A stretch of 50,886 bases of DNA, taken from the NCBI GenBank assembly GCA_043804515.1, contig JAZDIZ010000196.1, forward strand, positions 1-50,886, read 5' to 3'. Every line of letters starts with the position of its first letter. The stretch's first letter is position 1. Positions 27,163 to 35,260 of this stretch are shown here, in pieces. Source of the stretch: Pseudomonadota bacterium (GTDB taxonomy: Bacteria > Bdellovibrionota_G > JALEGL01 > DATDPG01). The notes under the pieces are model-generated. The model was not told the origin of the DNA, did no database searches, and worked only from the letters and a program-made list of their open reading frames with translations. Made by a program: the position numbers and the translations under genes.

Positions 27163-27780
27163 GTGTTAAAGACAACCGAAAAACGCTCATCGCTTCCGAC
27201 GGGCCTTGCCTCGCTGGATCTCTTCTTGGCGGGCGGGTGGCCGGCCGGAGGGATGACCGTTCTGAGCGGGGAAAAAGGGTGCGGCAAAACCGAACTGGCC
27301 CTTCGCGCCGCCGCCGAGGCCACGAAAGCGGATCGTTGGGTGGCTCTGGTGAGCGCGGGGGAGACTCTCTTTCCCCCCTCCTTCTCGGAGCACGGCGTGG
27401 ACCTGGCCCGCCTCCTCTGGGTGAGGCCCAAAGAAGAAATCCACGCCCGGTGGGCGCTCGAGCAACTCACCCGGAGCGGGCTTTTTACGCTCGTCCTCGC
27501 GAGCCATCTTCATCTCGGCGAAAAAGAAGCCCGCCGCCTTCAACTGGGCTCCGAGCAGACCGGTGCCGCGGCATTGCTTCTGACGGAACCCATTCAAACC
27601 AATTTGTGGGCGCTCACGCTTCACTGTGAAGTGGCTCGCTCCTCCGATCGGATTCTCGTTTTGAAAGTCCGGCGGAGCCGAAAACCCCTTTCACGATTTC
27701 AAACGGAGGTGAACCTCGATGAAAAACCGAATTCTGGCGATCTATCTTCCCAACCCGCCGTCCGCATCGTCGCTTCCTGA
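27163..27780 (+). CDS. imuA: ImuA (RecA-like translesion synthesis accessory protein)
   Basis: PTGLASLDLFLAGGWPAG, Walker-A-like GEKGCGKTE, GVDLARLLWVRP and RRLQL; first gene of the imuAB-dnaE2 cassette. GTG 27163 start inferred from the promoter. Confidence 0.8.
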   Translation: MLKTTEKRSSLPTGLASLDLFLAGGWPAGGMTVLSGEKGCGKTELALRAAAEATKADRWVALVSAGETLFPPSFSEHGVDLARLLWVRPKEEIHARWALEQLTRSGLFTLVLASHLHLGEKEARRLQLGSEQTGAAALLLTEPIQTNLWALTLHCEVARSSDRILVLKVRRSRKPLSRFQTEVNLDEKPNSGDLSSQPAVRIVAS

Positions 27781-29023
27781 TCTGGCGGGGACGCTCCTTT
27801 CGATCTCGCCACGGGTGGGAATCCGCCCCCCCGACATGGTCTATGCGGACCTCACGCCGACACTCCACTTGTTCAGTGAAGAGGAGGTCGTAAAGCGCAT
27901 ACGGAGATACGCCGTCGCCATCGCCGACGACCTCGCGACAGCGGGAGCCCTGGCGCGCCTGGGAAGATCGGAGCCGACCGTGATTCCGGCCGGCGGGAGC
28001 GAAGAAGCTCTGGCGCCTCTTCCGATTCAAACGCTTTCGTTCCTGGCCGACCCCCTCTCTCCTCCCACGCCGAAAGAGAGCAAAGCCGCGGATGGATTGA
28101 TCCGCCTTCTCCCGCTCTTGGGGATCCGGACGCTCGGGAATTTCGCCCGGATCCCGGCTTCCACGATCGGCCCGCGCTTCGGTGCGTTCGGCGTGGAGCT
28201 CCACCGCCGCGCGCGCGGAGCCGCTTCTTCGATCTTCCGGCCGTTCGAACCGAGCCTGACGTACCGGGAAGCATGGGAATTCGACGAGCCGGCTTCTTTT
28301 TTGGAGCCCCTGCTTTTCGTCGCAAAAAATCTTTTGGGACGCCTGGAAGCGCAGATGCAAAAGCATCTCCAGTCGGCGCTCCAGATGGTCCTCTATCTGG
28401 AGACGGAGGATTCCAAGGAAACCGAGATCTCCATTCCGCTTCACCGGCCCCTGAGAAAAGCCCCCGCTCTTTTCGAGATCGTCCGCGAGCGCCTCTCGGT
28501 TCTCACATTCGAATCCCCGATCGTTTCGATAGCGATTGAAATCTCGCTCCCCGTCCGGAGCCTGGGAACCCAGTTCCACCTTTTCGACGCCCACGAACAG
28601 CAAAACGAACGGCTGGATGAACTTCTGGGGCGCTTGGTCGGCAAATTGGGCCCTACGGTGGTGTCCGCAGCGACGCTCCGGGAGCGGCACCGCCCTGAAA
28701 CCGCGTGGGAACCGGCGGCGTTCGAACCTCGGAAGGCTGCGTTCTCCGAAACCGCCGGGACGCTGAAGCGCCCGACGCTGGTTCTCCCCTCGCCCCAGCC
28801 GCTTCGGATTGAAAACCAGAACGGACGGGCGGTTCTTCATTCGGAGCGGGAGCGGTTCATCGTGCGTTCCTTCAAGGGGCCCGAGAGGCTCAAAGGGGAA
28901 TGGTGGAACGAAAAGCCGCTGGCACGCGACTACTTCGTGGCGGAGACCGAAAACGGACGGCAGTTGTGGATCTTCAAGTCCCTTCCCGACCAACGGGTGT
29001 TTCTCCATGGGTATTTCGACTAA
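27719..29023 (+). CDS. imuB: ImuB (catalytically inactive Y-family polymerase homologue)
   Basis: LAPLPI..L, LGIRTLG.FA, HRPE.AW, RP, GPERLKGEWW, RDYF and C-terminal FLHGYFD; GGAGG RBS. Confidence 0.87.
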   Translation: MKNRILAIYLPNPPSASSLPDLAGTLLSISPRVGIRPPDMVYADLTPTLHLFSEEEVVKRIRRYAVAIADDLATAGALARLGRSEPTVIPAGGSEEALAPLPIQTLSFLADPLSPPTPKESKAADGLIRLLPLLGIRTLGNFARIPASTIGPRFGAFGVELHRRARGAASSIFRPFEPSLTYREAWEFDEPASFLEPLLFVAKNLLGRLEAQMQKHLQSALQMVLYLETEDSKETEISIPLHRPLRKAPALFEIVRERLSVLTFESPIVSIAIEISLPVRSLGTQFHLFDAHEQQNERLDELLGRLVGKLGPTVVSAATLRERHRPETAWEPAAFEPRKAAFSETAGTLKRPTLVLPSPQPLRIENQNGRAVLHSERERFIVRSFKGPERLKGEWWNEKPLARDYFVAETENGRQLWIFKSLPDQRVFLHGYFD

Positions 29024-29030
29024 AAACAAA

Positions 29031-29497
29031 TCCGAACCTCGTGGCTGCGAACCAAAGCCGGTCGTGCCGAAAAAGACGCGGTCGCCTCGCGTTACGCCGC
29101 TCGGCGCCACTCGGGTCTCGGCGGTCGTAACATGGATGCATGGAGACGACCGCCTCCGACACGCTTTTTCGTCCCGCCCGCCTTCGCTTCACAGTGAAGA
29201 TCCAGGTTGTTCCCGTATAAACCGTGGCGGGGGTCAATTCGAGGGTCGAAGGGGCCGGCCCGCTACTCCCGAATTGCTCCCCCGGATCAGGATATCGAAT
29301 TTTTCGTGGAGGGTACTCATTTGTAAGGGGGGGCGGGGTGTTGCCATGCGGAGGCGTGCGCAGCGAGCCGTATCTATGCTTCCAATGCCATGGCGAGCGA
29401 GCAGCCGAGCGCCAATTTTTTGGCGTAACAAAAAATCGGTGCGTCCGGAGCAGGGCACGCCCCGCCCCCCTTTTAGCTCGGAGCCTCGTGTCTGAGA
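29031..29497. repeat. Cluster of three palindromic (hairpin) elements between imuB and dnaE2, bracketed by imperfect 20-bp direct repeats
   Basis: Stems at 29068-29171, 29228-29284 and 29325-29472; direct repeats 29031-29050 and 29478-29497 match at 16/20. Confidence 0.6.
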
Positions 29498-32400
29498 TGG
29501 AATATGCCGAGCTGCGGGCGAAGACGAACTTCTCGTTTTTGGAGGGAGCTTCGCATCCGGAAGAGATCGTCCTTCAAGCAAAAGAGTTGGGGCTTTCCGC
29601 CCTGGCCATCACCGACCGGAACGGTCTTTACGGCGTCGTGCGTGCCCATGTCGCCGCCAAAAAATCGGGTCTTCCGTTCATCGTCGGAAGCGAACTCGCC
29701 CTCCCGGCGGGTGAAACCGTCGTTCTTCTGGCCGCCTCCCGCCGCGGCTACGGCCACCTCTGCCGGCTCATCTCCCTGGGGCTCCAGCGCCATGAGAAGG
29801 GGAATCCGTCCATCGAATGGGATGACCTGGCCGCCCATCAGGAGGATCTCTGGGCGCTCTATCCCGCCCCTTACCGTTCCAAGTCGGCCGGGTTTCTGAA
29901 GGATCTTTTCGGCCGGCGCCTTTCGATCGCGCTTCACCGGACGTTGGAGGCTTCGGATGTCCGGCGGACGCTGGAAGCTTTCGAATTGTCCAAGGAGTTC
30001 GGCGTGCCGCTCGTGGCCACCAACGACGTCCACTACCACGATTCCTCCCGCCAGCCGCTGCAGGACGTTTTAACGGCGATCCGCCTCAAGACCACGCTCA
30101 AGGATGCGGGGCGGAAACTCTTTCCGAACGCCGAGCGGCGGCTCAAGTCCCCCTCGGAGATGGAACACGTTTTTCACGACCGGCCGGACGCCCTGGCCCG
30201 ATCGCTCGAAATCGCACAGGCCTGCCGCTTTTCGATGGACGAGCTGCGCTACCGCTATCCGGACGAGTTTCTTCCGCCGGGGAAGACGGCGCAGGAATAT
30301 CTAACCGAACTTACATACATGGGAGCAAAGCTGCGTTATTTCAATAAGATACCTAATGAAGTAGAGAAACAACTTAAGCACGAACTTCGCCTGATCGAGG
30401 AGCTGAAGTTCGCCGATTTCTTCCTGACGATCTGGGACATCGTCACGTTTGCCCGGAGCCGGAAGATCCTCTGCCAAGGCCGGGGCTCCGCCGCCAACTC
30501 GGCGGTTTGCTTCGTCCTGGGAATCACGGCCATCGATCCGGTCCGGATGAACCTTCTCTTCGAGCGCTTCATCTCGGCGGAGCGGGGCGAACCGCCCGAC
30601 ATCGACGTGGATTTCGAGCACGAGCGGCGGGAAGAGGTGATCCAGTACATCTTCAGCCGGTACGGGCGGGAGCGGGCCGGGATGGTGGCCGAGGTGATCC
30701 GCTACCGGCAGCGTTCGGCGCTTCGGGAAGTGGCCAAAGCGCTCGGCATGCCGTTTAAGGAAGCCAACCGCCTCGCCGGATCGTTTCACTGGCGGGATCA
30801 CGCCGACGTGACGGAAGAATTCCTGGCCGAAAACGGCATGGATCCCAAAAGCTCCTTGGCCCGGCAACTGATCGGCCTGACGCGGCAGATCCACCGTTTT
30901 CCCCGCCATCTCTCCACGCACGTCGGCGGCTTCGTCCTCACGCGCGATCCCTTGATCGAAAGCGTTCCGATCGAGAACGCCCGGATGCCCGGCCGGACGA
31001 TCATCCAATGGAACAAAGACGACCTCTCCGCCCTCGGGATGCTCAAAGTGGACATCCTGGGTTTGGGAATTTTGACCGCAATCCGTAAGTGTCTCGAATT
31101 TGTGAACTCCCAAGGGATAACCGGGCCGGGAGTAGCCCCGGGAGCGACTGAGGGGGGGGACCGGCCTGGGGCCGGGGGAGACACTTCCCCCGACGTTGCC
31201 GGTATCTCATGCCAGTGCCAAACCGGGTACCCTTTGGGTGGTGAGGCACTCACCTTACAACGGGCGGAACGAAGTTCCGCCCATTTTGAAGCGAACGGGG
31301 CTGCTACCGGTCCGGACTTACCTCCGAAACTCACTCTGGATTCGATTCCGGCGGAGGATCCGAAGGTCTACGAGATGATGTGCAAGGCCGACACGCTGGG
31401 TGTCTTTCAGATCGAATCGCGGGCGCAAATGGGGATGCTTCCGCGCCTTAAGCCCCGGAAGTTCCACGATCTCGTCATCGAGGTGGCCATCGTCCGCCCC
31501 GGGCCCATCCAGGGAGGCATGGTTCATCCTTTTCTCCGCCGGCGCCGCGGCGAAGAACCGGTCACGTACGCTCATCCCGCTCTCCGGCCGATCCTGGAAA
31601 AGACCTGTGGCGTCCCGCTTTTCCAGGAACAGGTCATGAAGATCGCCGTGGCCGTGGCGGACTTCACTCCCGGCGAGGCCGACGAGCTGCGCCGGGCCAT
31701 GGGGATCTGGCGCACTTCGTACTCCGTCGAACTCACGTCGCTCAAAGAGAAGCTGGTCGGAAGGATGAGGAAGAACGGGATCTCGGAAGCGGATGCCCTT
31801 ACGATCTTCAACCAGATCGAAAGCTTCGGGGAGTTCGGGTTCCCCGAATCCCATTCCGCTTCGTTCGCTCTCTTGGTCTATGCCTCGGCGTACCTGAAAT
31901 GTTACCATCCCGCCGCCTATGCGGCCGCCCTTATCAACTCCCAACCGATGGGGTTCTATCTTCCCCACTCGATTCTGGACGATGCCCGCCGCCACGACGT
32001 GAAGATCTTGCCGGTGGATGTGGTTGCTTCCTTCTGGGATTGCACGCTGGAAGGCGGCGCGATTCGAATGGGGTTCCGCCTGGTGAGGGGAATGGGCGAA
32101 AGCGCGGGCCGCCGGATTGAAGAAAGACGCTCCCAAAGACCGTTCCGTTCCATCGAGGATTTCGCCGCACGCACCGGCCTCCCCTATCCCGCTCTTTTCT
32201 ATCTCGCCGCCGCCGATGCGTTCCGCTCTTTCGGCCTGGACCGGCGGGAAGCCCTCTGGATGCTCAAACTCCTCCTCACGAACGAACTCGATCTCCATGC
32301 GGGCCATCCGTTGCCCGAACCCCGCGTTCGCTTCGAGCCTCTTTCCGATCTGGAAACCGTCACGATGGATTACCGCGTCCTGGGCGCTTCGCCGTTCGCT

Positions 32401-32760
32401 CATCCGGCCGCGCTGTTGAGGGACGAGATGAGCGCGCTCGGCGCCGTCCCCTCGAACGACATCCCGCGCCTTTCCTCCGGGAAAAAGCTCCGGGCCGGAG
32501 GCCTGGTGATCGTCCGGCAAAGCCCCCCGACGGCCAAAGGGATGGTCTTTGTCACGCTGGAAGACGAGTTCGGCTTCGTGAACGTCGCGATCCGGCCGAA
32601 CGCCTATGCCCGGATCCGGCCCGTTCTGAACCGTGAGCCGTTCCTCGTGATCGAAGGGGTCCTGCAACGGGACGGTCTGGCCACGAGCATTCTCGGATCC
32701 GATGTCTGGCCGCTGGTTTTCAAAACCGCGATCCCTGATATGGCGCGCAATTTTCACTAG
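29497..32760 (+). CDS. dnaE2: Error-prone DNA polymerase DnaE2 (ImuC)
   Basis: YAEL...NFSFLEGASHPEE, QGRGSAANS, PPDIDVDFEH, KVDILGLG, GFPESH and the C-terminal ARNFH DnaE2 signature. Start ATG 29497 (GTG 29488 also possible). Confidence 0.95.
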   Translation: MEYAELRAKTNFSFLEGASHPEEIVLQAKELGLSALAITDRNGLYGVVRAHVAAKKSGLPFIVGSELALPAGETVVLLAASRRGYGHLCRLISLGLQRHEKGNPSIEWDDLAAHQEDLWALYPAPYRSKSAGFLKDLFGRRLSIALHRTLEASDVRRTLEAFELSKEFGVPLVATNDVHYHDSSRQPLQDVLTAIRLKTTLKDAGRKLFPNAERRLKSPSEMEHVFHDRPDALARSLEIAQACRFSMDELRYRYPDEFLPPGKTAQEYLTELTYMGAKLRYFNKIPNEVEKQLKHELRLIEELKFADFFLTIWDIVTFARSRKILCQGRGSAANSAVCFVLGITAIDPVRMNLLFERFISAERGEPPDIDVDFEHERREEVIQYIFSRYGRERAGMVAEVIRYRQRSALREVAKALGMPFKEANRLAGSFHWRDHADVTEEFLAENGMDPKSSLARQLIGLTRQIHRFPRHLSTHVGGFVLTRDPLIESVPIENARMPGRTIIQWNKDDLSALGMLKVDILGLGILTAIRKCLEFVNSQGITGPGVAPGATEGGDRPGAGGDTSPDVAGISCQCQTGYPLGGEALTLQRAERSSAHFEANGAATGPDLPPKLTLDSIPAEDPKVYEMMCKADTLGVFQIESRAQMGMLPRLKPRKFHDLVIEVAIVRPGPIQGGMVHPFLRRRRGEEPVTYAHPALRPILEKTCGVPLFQEQVMKIAVAVADFTPGEADELRRAMGIWRTSYSVELTSLKEKLVGRMRKNGISEADALTIFNQIESFGEFGFPESHSASFALLVYASAYLKCYHPAAYAAALINSQPMGFYLPHSILDDARRHDVKILPVDVVASFWDCTLEGGAIRMGFRLVRGMGESAGRRIEERRSQRPFRSIEDFAARTGLPYPALFYLAAADAFRSFGLDRREALWMLKLLLTNELDLHAGHPLPEPRVRFEPLSDLETVTMDYRVLGASPFAHPAALLRDEMSALGAVPSNDIPRLSSGKKLRAGGLVIVRQSPPTAKGMVFVTLEDEFGFVNVAIRPNAYARIRPVLNREPFLVIEGVLQRDGLATSILGSDVWPLVFKTAIPDMARNFH
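31121..31315. mobile_element. 195-bp palindromic (MITE/RPE-like) element inserted in frame in dnaE2
   Basis: 20-bp terminal inverted repeats (17/20), three internal hairpins, length divisible by 3; adds 65 residues not expected in DnaE2. Confidence 0.65.
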
Positions 32761-32794
32761 GCAAAGCATTTGAAACGTCTTAAAAATCGGCATC

Positions 32795-33775
32795 ATGGTT
32801 TCGAATTCCCATCCGGTCACCGCTTTCATCCAGAAGCATTTCCGGCACTTCAACGCCGCCGCACTCGTGGACGCCGCCGAAGGGTACAAAACGCACCTGG
32901 AAAAGGGCGGCAAGATGTTCGTCACGCTGGCGGGAGCCATGAGCACGGGAGAGCTCGGAATCTCTCTCGCCGAGATGATCCGCCAGGAAAAGATTCACGG
33001 GATTTCCTGCACGGGCGCCAACCTGGAAGAGGACGTTTTCAACCTCGTCGCCCACGAACACTACCGGAGGATTCCGAACTACCGGGATCTCACGCCGAAA
33101 GATGAAGAAAGGCTCCTCAAAGAACACCTGAACCGCGTCACGGACACGTGCATCCCCGAGGATGAGGCCGTCCGCCGGGTCGAAACGGCGATGCTGGAAA
33201 TCTGGCAAAAAGCCGATCGCGCCGGCGAATCGTTCTTTCCTTATGAATTTTTCTATCAGCTCTTCAAGAGCGGAAAACTCAAGCAGCTCTACGAAATCGA
33301 TCCCAAAAACAGCTGGCTCCTCGCGGCGGCGGAAAAGAATCTGCCGGTCTTCGTGCCCGGGTGGGAGGACTCCACGATGGGGAACGTGTTCGCCGCCCGC
33401 TGCATCGAGGGGAAGATCAAACGGACTTCGACCGTGAAATGCGGCGTGGAGGCCATGGCGACCCTCGCGGATTGGTATTCGAGAACGGCCAAAGAAAGCA
33501 GCGTGGGATTCTTTCAGATCGGTGGGGGGATCGCGGGGGATTTCCCGATTTGCGTCGTCCCAATGATTCGCCAAGATTTAAAACGCGACGTTCCGCTTTG
33601 GGGATACTTCTGCCAGATCAGCGACTCGATCACGAGCTTCGGCGGCTATTCCGGCGCCGTTCCGAACGAAAAGATCACTTGGGAAAAACTCGCCGCGAAT
33701 ACGCCCAAATTCATCGTGGAGTCGGACGCCACGATCGTCGCGCCCCTGATCTTCGCGTACGTATTGGGCTGGTAA
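32795..33775 (+). CDS. Deoxyhypusine synthase-like protein (probably polyamine biosynthesis)
   Basis: LAGAMST, TGANLEED, PGWEDS, IGGG, GGYSGAVPNEKITWEK and ESDATIVAPL. Confidence 0.92.
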   Translation: MVSNSHPVTAFIQKHFRHFNAAALVDAAEGYKTHLEKGGKMFVTLAGAMSTGELGISLAEMIRQEKIHGISCTGANLEEDVFNLVAHEHYRRIPNYRDLTPKDEERLLKEHLNRVTDTCIPEDEAVRRVETAMLEIWQKADRAGESFFPYEFFYQLFKSGKLKQLYEIDPKNSWLLAAAEKNLPVFVPGWEDSTMGNVFAARCIEGKIKRTSTVKCGVEAMATLADWYSRTAKESSVGFFQIGGGIAGDFPICVVPMIRQDLKRDVPLWGYFCQISDSITSFGGYSGAVPNEKITWEKLAANTPKFIVESDATIVAPLIFAYVLGW

Positions 33776-33810
33776 GCCCTACCTGACGCATAAGACCGTG
33801 TTCGCGGCGT

Positions 33811-35205
33811 CTCGCCGGTGAACGGCGTCGGAGTTTTTCCGGAGGCGAGAGACGAATTTCAGCAGTCGGTTAAGGGGGAGTTCTTCGGGGCACCTTACCG
33901 GTAAGGTGAGTAAAGATCGGTGCGAAAACCGTAGAAAAACTTTAAGAAAGAATGATTTTTTTCTTCGCTTTTTTCTTGACGGGTTTGAAACGGGCATTTC
34001 TTGGTGGTGGTGGTCGATCTCTATAAAGCCCTTATTCCAAGCGCATTTGCCGTGGGTTAATGTTTGTGTGCGTATTTGGATCGTTCTTCAAGTCGCGGTT
34101 TTGCGTGCCTCTGAGGACGTTCCAAAGCCCTTAAACAACGCATGGTAGCCTTCCTCAAAAAGGGAAGAGCCATGGATGATTCTCTCAATCTCGAAAGCCT
34201 TACGGATTCTCAACTCCATCTTCGGACGATGGAAATCGCCCAGAAAGAACAGCAGACGACCTTGGAGCTTTTGCACCATCTCCATGAGGTCGAAAGGCGA
34301 AAGCTTTTCGCCCAAAAAGGCTATGGATCTCTGTGGGAATATGTCGTTTCCGCTCTCTCCTATTCCGAATCCCAAGCCTCGGAAAGAATTGCGGCTATGA
34401 GACTCATGTTTCGAGTCCAAGAAGCCCAAGAAGCCTTAGAAAATGGAAAATTGGGCCTGACCCAGGCGGCCATGGCCGAAAGACACCTTCGGGCGGAAGA
34501 AAAGGAAAGCCATAAATCCGCGTCTGCTGAGGTTGCAAAAGATCTGATTTTCAAGATTGAAGGTAAATCGAAGAAAGAGACGGAACGAGTCTTAGTCTCC
34601 TTACGGCCCCAAGCGCCCAGAAAAGAGCAGATCCGGCCTATTTCCAGTCAAGAGACCGAGATCCGGTTCTCCATTTCAGCAGAAACCCAGAAAGAGATGG
34701 AGAGGTATTGGGAGCTGAAGGGCAAGTGCTCCGTATCCGAGCTCTTTTCCGCCTGTCTCCATTTCTATCTGCGTCAGAAGGATCCCCAGAAACAGGAAGT
34801 CAGGCCCAGATCGAATAAAACGAGGGCACTTTTTCCGGAAAAAGTCGATCCTCCGACCCGGTACATCCCAGCAGAAGTCAAACGAGAGGTCTGGAAGCGA
34901 TCAGAAGGCCGGTGCGAATACGTCGATCCTAGGACCGGGAGACGATGTGAGAGCCAATACCTTCTCCAATACGATCACATCGATCCTTTTTGCACGGGAG
35001 GAGCGCCCGACGAAGACAACCTCCGGCACTTGTGCAGGGCTCACAATCAGTATTTCGCAGGAAAGATGTTCCAGACCGAGGCGGGATTCCTTCGGGAAGG
35101 GCTATGACGCCGGCAGAACAACGGCGCCTGACCCCAGCCCCCTAAACAAATGCTGAAAATCGTCTGCAGACCTTAAATAAACCTCGGCCCACTTCACCGG
35201 CGGAG
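33811..35205 (+). mobile_element. Putative HNH-encoding element with long imperfect terminal inverted repeats
   Basis: 33813-33864 pairs ungapped with 35151-35202 (35/52, including 14/15 and 10/10 blocks); single ORF inside; lower GC than the flanks. Confidence 0.55.
34172..35107 (+). CDS. HNH endonuclease with DUF222-like helical N-terminus and RHH-like middle segment
   Basis: LLHHLHEVERRKLF...GYGSLWEY...LSYSE; RYIPAEVKREVW.R..GRCEY...C...YDHIDPF..GG...NL..LC..HN. Confidence 0.88.
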   Translation: MDDSLNLESLTDSQLHLRTMEIAQKEQQTTLELLHHLHEVERRKLFAQKGYGSLWEYVVSALSYSESQASERIAAMRLMFRVQEAQEALENGKLGLTQAAMAERHLRAEEKESHKSASAEVAKDLIFKIEGKSKKETERVLVSLRPQAPRKEQIRPISSQETEIRFSISAETQKEMERYWELKGKCSVSELFSACLHFYLRQKDPQKQEVRPRSNKTRALFPEKVDPPTRYIPAEVKREVWKRSEGRCEYVDPRTGRRCESQYLLQYDHIDPFCTGGAPDEDNLRHLCRAHNQYFAGKMFQTEAGFLREGL

Positions 35206-35260
35206 CCCACACCTCCGCTATCCGCTATACGACCCTCCGAAACCGGGATTATTTAAGAAG

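Noticed and set aside
27614-29110. 498-aa minus-strand ORF
   Set aside because: Antisense shadow of imuB.
29224-29496. 91-aa N-terminal extension of DnaE2 in the track
   Set aside because: DnaE2 similarity starts at MEYAEL; the extension is read-through of palindromic non-coding sequence.
31121-31315. DnaE2 insertion as an intein or self-splicing intron
   Set aside because: Only 65 aa, with no N-terminal Cys/Ser block or His-Asn end, and no recognisable group I/II intron boundaries; the signal is a DNA palindrome.
31318-32946. 542-aa minus-strand ORF
   Set aside because: Antisense shadow of dnaE2 and the start of the next gene.
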